From a virus (taxonomy: Duplodnaviria; Heunggongvirae; Uroviricota; Caudoviricetes): a stretch of DNA of 64,000 nucleotides. Every line of letters starts with the position of its first letter. Within the stretch, counting starts at the first letter, position 1. Shown here piece after piece: positions 43,518 through 52,411 of this stretch. The position numbers were made by a program, and so were the translations under genes. Location: IMG/VR virus record IMGVR_UViG_3300029656_000140, one strand, 5' to 3'. The notes under the pieces were generated by a model that was not told the origin of the DNA, did no database searches, and saw nothing but the letters and a program-made list of their open reading frames with translations.

Positions 43518-43775
43518 ATGAAAAAGACCATTACAGAAGTTGAAACCGCAATCGAAAACCGCATCGCAGAGCTTGAAGAAGAATACGAGCTGGACATTTA
43601 CGACCGCAACGACATCCGGGAAGAAGAATACCAGAAAGCCGGATGGCGGCACGACCCTTTCCCAGAGGAGCTTGAGGAAGAGGAAGAGGACGAAGAAGAG
43701 GAAGAGGATTGGCACTACCACAGCATGGAGGAACGACTGAACGAGGTCGGCATGAGCATGAGGGATTTCTTCTAA
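43518..43775 (+). CDS. small poly-glutamate acidic protein (DNA-mimic candidate), the only plus-strand gene in the island
   Basis: It contains ELEEEEEDEEEEEDWHYH. RBS AACGGAGGA. A hairpin follows at 43792-43809. Confidence 0.5.
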   Translation: MKKTITEVETAIENRIAELEEEYELDIYDRNDIREEEYQKAGWRHDPFPEELEEEEEDEEEEEDWHYHSMEERLNEVGMSMRDFF

Positions 43776-43791
43776 GGAATCCCAAGAGGCT

Positions 43792-43835
43792 CCCCAGCAG
43801 AGGCTGGGGCTCTGCCTCGTATCCCCCGTTTTGGT
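43792..43835 (+). terminator. putative terminator after the acidic plus-strand gene
   Basis: ccccagc-agag-gctgggg, then a T-rich tract ~18 nt later. This is a weak call. Confidence 0.35.
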
Positions 43836-43973
43836 TTGGTATGATACACAAAACCGCTGCCAGATGTTTGTGTACATTATGGCGGCGGTTCTCCTTGCTA
43901 TCGTTGCTTTCCAGAGGTAATATACAGTAAACTGGAAGGGGGTTCTCATTCTTTTGAGGCCCCCATTTTCCGT

Positions 43974-44165
43974 CTAATCGGCTTCGCCCTGTATTGCCTC
44001 ATGCATCACCCTGCGGTTATGCGCTCTGGCTTTCTTTTTCAGGTCCCTTTTCCATCTGCGGATGGTCACCGCCTTGCAGTGGTTTCTCGACCATTCGTAT
44101 TCATTCAGAATGTATCTGCCGCCGTGTTCCCTCTCGCCATAAGCCGGCATCTTTCTGTGTCCCAT
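43974..44165 (-). CDS. small basic hypothetical protein
   Basis: A K/R-rich 63-aa ORF at the end of the cassette-7 operon. Confidence 0.35.
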   Translation of the reverse strand: MGHRKMPAYGEREHGGRYILNEYEWSRNHCKAVTIRRWKRDLKKKARAHNRRVMHEAIQGEAD

Positions 44166-44236
44166 AGGCCCCTCCTGTTAAACCAAGCCCTCCCGGTCTT
44201 TTCTGGCCGAGAGGGTATTTTTCTGATCGTGGTATC

Positions 44237-44608
44237 TTATTCCGGCTTCGTTCCGTCATCCATCTGGATGACTGCCATCTGCCCGAACATGCTGACGAAT
44301 GCCTCCGGCACCCAGAAGCGTTCCCTGAATTTCCTGAGCAGGTCCTGGGGCAGCTCTGCGAAATCTTCCTCGCCCAATCCGCAGATGAAGAAGTTTCCCT
44401 TGATAGGCTGCTCCAGTTCCGGGATGTATCTGCTGAATGACTTCTCGGTGAACAGACCGTTGTCATCGGTGACCAGGGCGGCACGTTCTTCCCACGGGTA
44501 GGTGGCTGTGATGCAGTCGCAGTCGAGGATGCGGTAGAACTCTTTCAGGGAGTTTTCAATGTCCACCACCTGCGGATGCTCCATCGGTTTGATCAGAAGA
44601 ACTTTCAT
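44237..44608 (-). CDS. DUF3846-like protein
   Basis: MKVLLIKP...GNFFICGLGEEDFAELPQDL matches the DUF3846 pattern. Confidence 0.55.
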   Translation of the reverse strand: MKVLLIKPMEHPQVVDIENSLKEFYRILDCDCITATYPWEERAALVTDDNGLFTEKSFSRYIPELEQPIKGNFFICGLGEEDFAELPQDLLRKFRERFWVPEAFVSMFGQMAVIQMDDGTKPE

Positions 44609-45072
44609 TCGACCCATCCCCCTTTCACGATTGCCCAGTCTGCAAGATGCATCTTCTGCTGTCCGCCCCATGCAATGTCCTCTAATGCTTCCTCCGTTCC
44701 GCAGCGGTTGCAAATCTGGATGTCCGCCCTTCGGCTGAGTGCCTGCTGCTGATGGTCGTAGCAGTCAGGCTTTGCTCCGCACCTGGGGCAACGTGGGCCG
44801 GTCTGTCGCGTTTTACCAAAGTGGTCGAGCGACACCTTGACCTCGGCATCCGTTGCCACACGGTGGCAACTGTCCGCGCCGTAGGCAACATTAAGATGGC
44901 TTCCGGTGTCCCAGTTCACCAAGATGTTTCCGGCATCATCGACCCCGTTGCAGGTTCCCTGCGTTCCGATGGGCGGTGCCTGCCTATCATCCATCTCATC
45001 GAGGACGATCCGGCATCTGACCGGGAACTCTTTTCTCAACTTCTTGACCATTTTCTGATCTGCGAAATTCAT
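44605..45072 (-). CDS. DUF4314-like protein with C-terminal Cys4 zinc ribbon
   Basis: RIVLDEMDDRQAPPIGTQGTCNGVDDAGNILVNWDTGSHLNVAYGADSC is DUF4314-like. CPRCG...CNRCG follows. Confidence 0.55.
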   Translation of the reverse strand: MNFADQKMVKKLRKEFPVRCRIVLDEMDDRQAPPIGTQGTCNGVDDAGNILVNWDTGSHLNVAYGADSCHRVATDAEVKVSLDHFGKTRQTGPRCPRCGAKPDCYDHQQQALSRRADIQICNRCGTEEALEDIAWGGQQKMHLADWAIVKGGWVE

Positions 45073-45554
45073 GCCTGCACCTCCTCGATCATCCGCTGGG
45101 CGGCATCCTTATCCATGCATTCCTTCAGCGCACCTTCGAGGATGTGCATCGGGAAGTGGAATGCCTTGTAGCCGTCATGCAGGACTTTGTAGTAATACCG
45201 GCTCGGTGAGCGGCGTCCGAAGTCGTTCTCCATGATGTAGACCATTGCGGTCACCATCTCCGGCTCTGCCCCTTCCCGGAGCAGTTCGATGTTCAGGTCT
45301 TCCTTGCGGTAGTAGTTCGGGTAGCCCTCATAGAGGTCGAGGTTTCCTTCGTCCCTTTCCGAGATCTCCCACACCAGAACCGGCGTATTCTTCTTCGGGT
45401 TCGGCGCGATGGTAGCGCAGCCCCGGAACAAAAGCTCCCAGCCGGCCAGCACCGCCTGTCCTGCGATTCGGGCATCCGGACACCGGTATGCCATCTGCTC
45501 TACCGACAGGTTGCTGCCGTAGGCAATGTAGTATTTCTTGTTCTTCATATTCAT
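45069..45554 (-). CDS. gamma-glutamyl cyclotransferase (GGCT/AIG2-like) family protein 1
   Basis: YYIAYGSNLSVEQM...AGWELLF...VLVWEISERDEGNLDLYEGYPNYY is the GGCT/AIG2 signature. Confidence 0.75.
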   Translation of the reverse strand: MNMKNKKYYIAYGSNLSVEQMAYRCPDARIAGQAVLAGWELLFRGCATIAPNPKKNTPVLVWEISERDEGNLDLYEGYPNYYRKEDLNIELLREGAEPEMVTAMVYIMENDFGRRSPSRYYYKVLHDGYKAFHFPMHILEGALKECMDKDAAQRMIEEVQA

Positions 45555-45594
45555 TCGCTCCCTTCAAGCTCTGTTTTCTTCCGCTCTTGTCTGG

Positions 45595-45645
45595 CGGTAT
45601 GGTATATATCACTCTTTTGCCCTGATTTATCAAGGCCGATGAGTT
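45595..45645 (-). promoter_or_regulatory. promoter cassette copy 7 (subtype B: GGCCTTGATA...AGAGTGATATAT)
   Basis: The minus strand reads GGCCTTGATAAATCAGGGCAAAAGAGTGATATATACC. Confidence 0.5.
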
Positions 45646-45686
45646 TCATATCCTGCACAATGTTTTCTGCCTGTGATCGTGTACTT

Positions 45687-46217
45687 TTACACCATCCGCA
45701 GTTTCTTCAGATACCGGACGGCTTCTGTTCGTCCGATACTGGCGGCAAGCCCTCGCTTCAGTGTGTCTGTCGGAAACTCCCAATCGCTGTATCCTCCACA
45801 GAGCAAATCGAAATACTCGGCATCCGGGCAGCCAAGCTGCCGCTCCTCGTGCATCACATAGGCCATGCAGGTCTTCGGCTTCTTCATGCGGTTACCGCTC
45901 ATGTTCCAGACGGGAAGCTGGAACTGCTTCTTGTAGTAGTACCGCGGGAAGCCCTCGTACCGGTCCAGCAGAAGCTCATCGTATTCCGAGAGTTTCCAAA
46001 CCACAGCCGGTACGCTTTCGTTGGCATCCTGCTCGATGGTAGCGTAGCTCCCGGTCTTACTCTTCTTGAACAGGAGCCGGTAGCCGTAGATCTCAGTCAC
46101 ACCGACCGGCACTGCATAGGGGCATCTCCGTCCCATCCGTTCCATGTCGAGGTTGCTTCCGTAGGCAAGATAGAACTTGGATGGCGTCCGGCTGATCATT
46201 TCAAACTGCTCATTCAT
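45687..46217 (-). CDS. GGCT/AIG2-like family protein 2 (paralog)
   Basis: FYLAYGSNLDMERM...YGYRLLF...AVVWKLSEYDELLLDRYEGFPRYY. ATG at 46217 follows the RBS GGGAGGACGG. Confidence 0.75.
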   Translation of the reverse strand: MNEQFEMISRTPSKFYLAYGSNLDMERMGRRCPYAVPVGVTEIYGYRLLFKKSKTGSYATIEQDANESVPAVVWKLSEYDELLLDRYEGFPRYYYKKQFQLPVWNMSGNRMKKPKTCMAYVMHEERQLGCPDAEYFDLLCGGYSDWEFPTDTLKRGLAASIGRTEAVRYLKKLRMV

Positions 46218-46449
46218 CCGAACCACCGTCCTCCCTGCCCATAAATTCCACACCCTGAAAATCTTCCTTTTCAAGTTCGATCTGGCTGTCCTGCCACCAG
46301 TCCTCCGCCATGCGCTCGGCTTCCTGGACGGTTGGCTCTTTCATTTCGGATTCATACACCGTGATGGTTCTCTGGTAGGTTTCGGTGATGGTCACCTTGA
46401 ATGCCCTTCCCATCTGGGTGATTTCATTTTTTACCGTGCTTTTTTTCAT
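46210..46449 (-). CDS. DpnD/PcfM-like small protein
   Basis: FKVTITETYQRTITVYESEMKEPTVQEAERMAEDWWQDSQIELEKEDFQGVEF matches the DpnD/PcfM pattern. Confidence 0.65.
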   Translation of the reverse strand: MKKSTVKNEITQMGRAFKVTITETYQRTITVYESEMKEPTVQEAERMAEDWWQDSQIELEKEDFQGVEFMGREDGGSDE

Positions 46450-46516
46450 AATCCTGCACCTCCTTCTACCACCTCAAGGGCGGTTTCCCGCCCAAAAGGT
46501 GCCCGTGCATTCCGGC

Positions 46517-47452
46517 TTATTTGTTCCGCCAGGATGCGTTGCCCTCCATGTTCCGCAGAAGGATTTCCCTTGCCGTTGCAAATTCCTCACCGATGAATCC
46601 CAGCCTCAGCATCCAGCACCGCATTGCGTATTTGTCGTTGTCGGTCTGCTGGGGTCTTGGGCTTGCCGTTCTGACCATCTTGGCAAGCTGGCTCATTGCA
46701 AGGCAAAGCTGGATGTAGGCTTTCATCTCACCGGCATGCAGTCCGTTGCGCTTTCCATCCGCAGGGTCGGCAAATTGGAAAAGCCGAAATTCAATGGTTC
46801 CCTTTGTGAAAGTGGCATGCAGGTTCAGCATGTGGTATCGGCTTGAATTGTAGTGTTGGCTTCTGCCGTAGTCGGCTCCATTGCCCTCGTACCAGATGTC
46901 TGCAAGCTGGCTCATGGTGGTCGGCTTCTCGCGGTTCAGCCGTTCAAGAAAGCGGTGGTTGACCACCTGGCAATAATGTCCGGTGCGCCCCGCATCGATG
47001 CGGATGGCTCTGCCAATCTGTCGCTCATGCGCCGCCATGATGTTTACCAGATTCCGCAGGGTCTTTGCAGTGTGGTCGCCTTTTCCGATGTGAATGTGGA
47101 CTCCGCAGCCGCGACTTGGTCCACTTTTTCCTCCTGCCTTGCGGAGCAGCCGGATGATGTCCTGCAGGGTTTCGATGTCCTCGTAGATGAGGATCGGGGT
47201 GACCAATTCGCATTTCTCAGCGTCCGGTCCGTTGATGCTCACATCCCTCTGGAACTTCCAAACTCTGCCCTGCTGGTCTTTGCAAGCCCAGCTGGAATAT
47301 CCGTACTCGCTGGCGGCATTCCATGCTCTGGTTCCGAAGTATTCGGCAACCTTTCTGGCAGCCTTTTCTCTGGTGATGTTGTTCATCTCGATCTCAACCC
47401 CGATGGTCTGCTTCTTCATGGCTTCAATCTGCTCTCTCGTTTTATCGTTCAT
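46517..47452 (-). CDS. amidoligase (GCS2/glutamine-synthetase-like carboxylate-amine ligase, Amidoligase_2-type)
   Basis: IGVEIEMN (GxExE strand), CGVHIHIG and GTIEFRLF are hallmarks of the family. ATG at 47452 follows the RBS AAAGGAGAA. Confidence 0.75.
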   Translation of the reverse strand: MNDKTREQIEAMKKQTIGVEIEMNNITREKAARKVAEYFGTRAWNAASEYGYSSWACKDQQGRVWKFQRDVSINGPDAEKCELVTPILIYEDIETLQDIIRLLRKAGGKSGPSRGCGVHIHIGKGDHTAKTLRNLVNIMAAHERQIGRAIRIDAGRTGHYCQVVNHRFLERLNREKPTTMSQLADIWYEGNGADYGRSQHYNSSRYHMLNLHATFTKGTIEFRLFQFADPADGKRNGLHAGEMKAYIQLCLAMSQLAKMVRTASPRPQQTDNDKYAMRCWMLRLGFIGEEFATAREILLRNMEGNASWRNK

Positions 47453-47489
47453 GGTATGTTCTCCTTTGCTTTTTCCTTGTTTTCCGTTT

Positions 47490-47550
47490 CGGTATGTGCA
47501 TATTACCGTCTTACGCACACGATAGCAAGGCCATAAAAGAACATATATTC
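47490..47550 (-). promoter_or_regulatory. promoter cassette copy 8
   Basis: The minus strand reads ATGGCCTTGCTATCGTGTGCGTAAGACGGTAATATGCAC. Confidence 0.6.
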
Positions 47551-47683
47551 GACAAATATGAGGTCGAAAGATCGTGTACATTTCTGCGGTTTATCCGCTT
47601 GATAATGTACATTTTCAGAGTTATTATCGGTACAATGGAAGAGGGTCTCGCATATTTCCGGCCCCCATTGGGGACTTGGGAGC

Positions 47684-48775
47684 TTACGCTCCCGCCTCCA
47701 GCATCTGCGCCGTGTCTGCCCCACAGTCGGGCTGTGTCGGCTGGTTTTCTTCCTGTTCGACCGTTTCCCCTGTGGCAGGATCGCTGTTCTGTGCCGCCAG
47801 TTTCGCGGCTTTCAGGGCATCCCGTTTTGCCTTTTCCCTTGCAAGAAACTTCTGTGCTTCCTCATCCGTGCGGAAAGCCGCATGGCCGGAAAGGTTCTCC
47901 ATGAGGATCTTGCGTGTCTCTTTGAAATCCGGACCGTTCATCCCCAGCCGCAGGAGCCATGTGCGGAGTGCGTATTTCTCATTCTCATCGTTGACATCCT
48001 TTGCCTGGATACGTTTCTGGCTGATGGCCTGCTGGTTCATCAGGATGGCAAGGTGGCCAAAAGCCGTTAGGTGATCATAGTCGGAAGCCGTCGGGAATCC
48101 TGTGAAGGAAACCTTTTCTTCTGTGATCACCAGACCTTCCATCGCAGTTCCGCACTGTGCTTCGTAACTCTTAAGCGCCTCGATGAAGTTTGCCACCGTG
48201 TAAGTACAGCTGTCATCCCGCAGTGTTTCGACCAGATCGGTTTCCACATGGAAGTGCCCACCCGTTGCCTTGCTGATGAGTCGGCCCCGGCTGTAGATGA
48301 GGTTGACCAGATTGCGAAGGCTCACGCCGTTATGCTGGCTGGTGGGGAAAGCAAGTTCCAGATCCAGCGGCACTTCTTCCGGCTGGTCTTCTGCTTCCGG
48401 CTGCTCTTCGCTTTCCGATTCCTCTGCATCCGGCTCATCCTCTGTTGCACCATCCTCTGCCGTATCATCCGGCTCCTCTTCGGTCACAGGCTCCGCTGTC
48501 AAATTCTCAGTCGGCTCTGTGTTTTCCGGCTGGTCATCCGTGCTCTCAATGCTCTCGCCGCCGCGGATCAGTCCCTCATTCAGCAGGGTCGTCAGCAGCT
48601 CGGCATCTGCATTCTCCGGCTCGACCAGAAGATTGCCGTCCCGGTCGATGGTGTAGTTGCCGATGTCATAAGCATACAGCGGTGCTCTGGTGTAGTAAGG
48701 ATGGATACCCGTCAGCTCCTCCATGCGATTTGCAAGTGTCTTACGGTCTGCTATGTTCAATTCAAATTTCAACAT
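47684..48775 (-). CDS. divergent amidoligase paralog with ~80-aa acidic low-complexity insertion
   Basis: The C-terminal half aligns with 46517-47452 (NEKYALRTWLLRLGMNGPDFKETRKILMENLSGHAAFR versus NDKYAMRCWMLRLGFIGEEFATAREILLRNMEGNASWR). It carries GGHFHVE. RBS AAAGGGG. Confidence 0.6.
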   Translation of the reverse strand: MLKFELNIADRKTLANRMEELTGIHPYYTRAPLYAYDIGNYTIDRDGNLLVEPENADAELLTTLLNEGLIRGGESIESTDDQPENTEPTENLTAEPVTEEEPDDTAEDGATEDEPDAEESESEEQPEAEDQPEEVPLDLELAFPTSQHNGVSLRNLVNLIYSRGRLISKATGGHFHVETDLVETLRDDSCTYTVANFIEALKSYEAQCGTAMEGLVITEEKVSFTGFPTASDYDHLTAFGHLAILMNQQAISQKRIQAKDVNDENEKYALRTWLLRLGMNGPDFKETRKILMENLSGHAAFRTDEEAQKFLAREKAKRDALKAAKLAAQNSDPATGETVEQEENQPTQPDCGADTAQMLEAGA

Positions 48776-48829
48776 AATTCATTGCCCCTTTCGTTTTCTT
48801 CTGTTTTTGTGCATCCCGATGTTCTTTTC

Positions 48830-48880
48830 GGTAGCACATATATCACTCTGAACCGGTCAAATATCAAGGCCATTTCCCGA
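48830..48880 (-). promoter_or_regulatory. promoter cassette copy 9 (subtype B)
   Basis: The minus strand reads GGCCTTGATATTTGACCGGTTCAGAGTGATATATGTGC. Confidence 0.5.
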
Positions 48881-48999
48881 TATTCTTCATGTTCGACTAA
48901 TTACACAAGGGACTGCGAAATCTGTTGTGTAAATAGGACCAATATGTAAGCCCACCATATCACCAGGTCGCTTTCTACCTAGTAATATAGCGGGCCAGT

Positions 49000-51129
49000 T
49001 TATTCTTCCAGACCTGCACACCATGCGATGCCGGCCAGAACAAAAAATGCGTTGGCCAGGCATATGCCGTTGCCCCAGATACGGTACTCTGCCGAATCTG
49101 TATACGGGTCAGCCAGCCATTTCCGGATCTGTTTCTCCGTTTTCGGCTTCTTGGCGTGGGTCACGATCTTGCGGTGCGTTTCAAACGCATCTGCCCAGAA
49201 CGTCAGCTCTTCTTCGGTCGGATCTTCTGTTCCAAGGTTCCGGCACCACCAGTCCGGGAAGCCCTGCAGTCTGGCACACTCGGTCGGTGTCAAGCGGCGG
49301 ACGGTATAGGTCACAGGTGCAGGCTGTGCTTCCGGGTTGTCGATGACCAGACGGTCATTGAAAACGTCCTGCCCGTTAAAGCCGCTGGGATGTGCCCCGG
49401 TTGCCACGGTTCCCATGACACCCTCGTTCAGATGCGGCACCGGCGCGATGGTGGTCGGGTCTTTGTAGTCCCGTGCCATCAGGGTCGGTGCGACTTCTTT
49501 TTCCACCTGCATATAGGAGCCGGTGGTCATGGCATACACATCCTCCGGTGCGCAGACTGCATGGCGGTCAGTGGCATCCAGTGTAAAGCAGACATCCTCA
49601 TTGACGCCATCTCCCTGCGGACCGTTCTCATCCTTGCGGCCGATCATGTTGCCCTGCAGGACGAAGGTCTGCTGCTTCATCCCCGGCTCTGCTGCAAGTG
49701 CCGCTGACTTCTCTCCCAGATCCCGGACTTCATCCCTCTGGTTCTGGGTAAAGGCGACCGGCTCTACCACACAGATACCGCCCTGATTGCAGGTCGGATC
49801 TCCACCACTGCGGTCTAGTGTCCGGGAGGTCTCCGCTTCATAGAAGCCGCTATGCGGATTATCGGACATCATGGAGTGGCTGGCTTTAGAGCAGACACCG
49901 TAGCATTTCGGAACGAACAGTGTCTGGTCGTTGTTGCAGCCGAGGGTAGCTGACTTTTCTTCCTGCCAGATAGCGCCCTTGCCACCGCCTTCACACCCGG
50001 AACGGATCTTCAATGTGACCGCCGGAGAGTTTTCAACTTCTTTCACCGGGCTTTCCACTGAATTTTCAACAGCGTCCATGACCATCGGGACATTACCGCC
50101 ACCCGTACCACACCGGCTTGTCAGTGTCTGTACCTTACCGTCCTCGGAAATCTTCACCCGGCTGTCCGCAGGATGATTTTCCAGTGCGATGGCGGCCGGC
50201 ACGACACCAGCCCGGAGGGTCGGTGACCGTTCCTCTTCGTATCCAATGCTTCTGGCATTTGCGGAATGCTCGGTACAGAAACCAGCGGCTTCCATAACAC
50301 ACGGCGGATGATGTGCCTCCGCACGGAGGGTGGCTGTCACCTCTTCCGTCACATCCATCCTCTCTACGCCCTGATCGTTCAGACAGAGCCGTCCTCCTGC
50401 TCCACTGCAGCCTGTCTCTCCAGCGCCGCTTTCAGCACCGGCGGCAGCTCTTTGCCACGCACGGAAGCTCTCCGCAGAATACCGAGACACGCCTTCGGAC
50501 TCAAATAATACCTTTGGGGCACTCTGGTCTGCAAAATCTGCGACAAGGTAGATACGTTTTCTTCTTTGGGGAACGCCCCACCATTGTGCATCAAAAACTC
50601 GATACGCGACGCTCCATCCGTCTCCCACGTAGTAGTCAGCGTCGGGCCATCCTTTCTTCTCAGGCGCAGGCACCGAGGCGGACGGTTCTTTAACACCGAT
50701 GACGGCTTCGAGGACTGCTTTGAAGTCCTGTCCTTTGTTTGAGGAGAAGGCCCCTGGCACATTCTCCCACACGATAAATCTTGGTTTTTCTCCATTGGTC
50801 TTACACCTCATTTCCTTCACGATTCGGATTGCTTCGTAAAACAGGCTGGACCGTGAACCATCCAGACCGTCCCGCTTACCCGCGATGGACATATCCTGAC
50901 AGGGACTGCCAAAAGTGATGATGTCTACAGGAGGTAGGTCTGCACCGCTGATGGCAGACACATCTCCATAATGCTTCACCTGCGGCAGACGCTTGGTCGT
51001 GACCCGGATGGCAAACGGCTCGATCTCACTGCTCCACACCGGAGTGATCTGCCCGGTCAAAAGCCCGCCCAATGGAAAACCCCCGGAGCCATCAAAGAGG
51101 CTGCCGAGGGTCAGCTGTTTATTCTCCAT
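49000..51129 (-). CDS. DNA (cytosine-5)-methyltransferase with a very large variable/target-recognition insertion
   Basis: Motif I LFDGSGG, motif IV GSPCQDMS, motif VI ENVPG, and C-terminal RLTPTECARLQGFPDWW. About 400 aa lie between the ENV region and the C-terminal motifs. Confidence 0.85.
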   Translation of the reverse strand: MENKQLTLGSLFDGSGGFPLGGLLTGQITPVWSSEIEPFAIRVTTKRLPQVKHYGDVSAISGADLPPVDIITFGSPCQDMSIAGKRDGLDGSRSSLFYEAIRIVKEMRCKTNGEKPRFIVWENVPGAFSSNKGQDFKAVLEAVIGVKEPSASVPAPEKKGWPDADYYVGDGWSVAYRVFDAQWWGVPQRRKRIYLVADFADQSAPKVLFESEGVSRYSAESFRAWQRAAAGAESGAGETGCSGAGGRLCLNDQGVERMDVTEEVTATLRAEAHHPPCVMEAAGFCTEHSANARSIGYEEERSPTLRAGVVPAAIALENHPADSRVKISEDGKVQTLTSRCGTGGGNVPMVMDAVENSVESPVKEVENSPAVTLKIRSGCEGGGKGAIWQEEKSATLGCNNDQTLFVPKCYGVCSKASHSMMSDNPHSGFYEAETSRTLDRSGGDPTCNQGGICVVEPVAFTQNQRDEVRDLGEKSAALAAEPGMKQQTFVLQGNMIGRKDENGPQGDGVNEDVCFTLDATDRHAVCAPEDVYAMTTGSYMQVEKEVAPTLMARDYKDPTTIAPVPHLNEGVMGTVATGAHPSGFNGQDVFNDRLVIDNPEAQPAPVTYTVRRLTPTECARLQGFPDWWCRNLGTEDPTEEELTFWADAFETHRKIVTHAKKPKTEKQIRKWLADPYTDSAEYRIWGNGICLANAFFVLAGIAWCAGLEE

Positions 51130-52390
51130 CAGCGACCTCCCTTTCCGGCTCGAAGGTCGCCACTTCCTCGAACTTCAGCTTCTGACTGTCACGGATGACA
51201 TACACATCATCGTAGTGACCCTCGCTGTGTTCGATATAACGCTTCACGATCACATCCACGAACTTCGGGTCCAGCTCGATGCCTCGGCACACACGGTCGG
51301 TTTCTTCGCAGGCGATCAGGGTAGAACCGCTGCCAAGGAACGGATCAAGGACGATACCGTTTGTCATAGTGGAATTGCGGATCGGATAGCTCATCAGGCC
51401 GATGGGCTTCATGGTCGGATGGTCCTTGTTGGACTTCGGCCGGTCATACTCCCAAATGGTCGTCTGCTTTCGGTCGGAATACCACTGGTGCTTTCCCTTC
51501 TGCTTCCAGCCGTAGAGACACGGCTCGTGCTGCCACTGGTAAGGACTTCGTCCCAGCACCAGAGCATTCTTCTTCCAGATACAGCACCCGGACAGGTAGA
51601 ACCCGGCATCCTTGAATGCCTTTCTAAAGTTCAGCCCTTCCGTATCTGCATGGAAGATGTAGATGGAGCCGTCATCCGCCAGATGACCATGCATCTGCTG
51701 GAATGCTGCCAGAAGGAACTGGTAGAATTCCGAGTCACCCATGTTGTCGTTCAGGATCTTGCCAGCCGTTTCTTCCACATCCACGTTATAAGGGGGATCG
51801 GAAAGTACCAGATTTGCCTTGGTGCCGTCCATCAGGGTATCGTAGCATTCTGGCTTGGTGGAATCGCCGCACAGAACGATGTGCTTACCCAGATGCCAGA
51901 GGTCGCCCTCTTTGGAGAAGCACGGCTGCTTCAGCTCCGATTCCACATCGAAGTCATCTTCCTTGACCTCTTTGCTGTGGACCTTGTTGAACAGCGTCTC
52001 GATCTCAGGCGGGTCAAAGCCTGTCTTACCGAGGTCGAAGTTGGAATCTTCGATGTCCTTGAGCAGGTCAGCCAGCAGAGAATCATCCCATGCACCCGTG
52101 ATCTTGTTGAGTGCGATGTTCAGGGCTTTCTCCCTGGTCTTGTCGATGTCCACCACCGCACAAGGCACTTCGGTGTATCCCAGCTCCATCGCTACGGTCA
52201 GTCTCTGGTGACCACCGATGATCGTCATGTCGGCATTGACCACCAAAGGATCTGCGAAACCGAACTCCGTGATGGAATTCTTGATCTTCTCGTACTCTTT
52301 ATCCCCCGGCTTCAGCTTTTTCCGGGGATTGTATGCAGCCGGCTTGAGTACAGACACCGGCAGCATCTTTAGTTCAGCAGTCGCTTTCAT
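51119..52390 (-). CDS. ParB-like nuclease domain fused to N6-adenine/N4-cytosine DNA methyltransferase
   Basis: The N-terminal ParB/Srx fold (KPAAYNPRK, IIGGHQRL) is followed by DPPY and the SAM-binding motif VLDPFLGSGST. Confidence 0.85.
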   Translation of the reverse strand: MKATAELKMLPVSVLKPAAYNPRKKLKPGDKEYEKIKNSITEFGFADPLVVNADMTIIGGHQRLTVAMELGYTEVPCAVVDIDKTREKALNIALNKITGAWDDSLLADLLKDIEDSNFDLGKTGFDPPEIETLFNKVHSKEVKEDDFDVESELKQPCFSKEGDLWHLGKHIVLCGDSTKPECYDTLMDGTKANLVLSDPPYNVDVEETAGKILNDNMGDSEFYQFLLAAFQQMHGHLADDGSIYIFHADTEGLNFRKAFKDAGFYLSGCCIWKKNALVLGRSPYQWQHEPCLYGWKQKGKHQWYSDRKQTTIWEYDRPKSNKDHPTMKPIGLMSYPIRNSTMTNGIVLDPFLGSGSTLIACEETDRVCRGIELDPKFVDVIVKRYIEHSEGHYDDVYVIRDSQKLKFEEVATFEPEREVADGE

Positions 52391-52411
52391 GTAAGCCCTC
52401 CCGTTTTAGAT

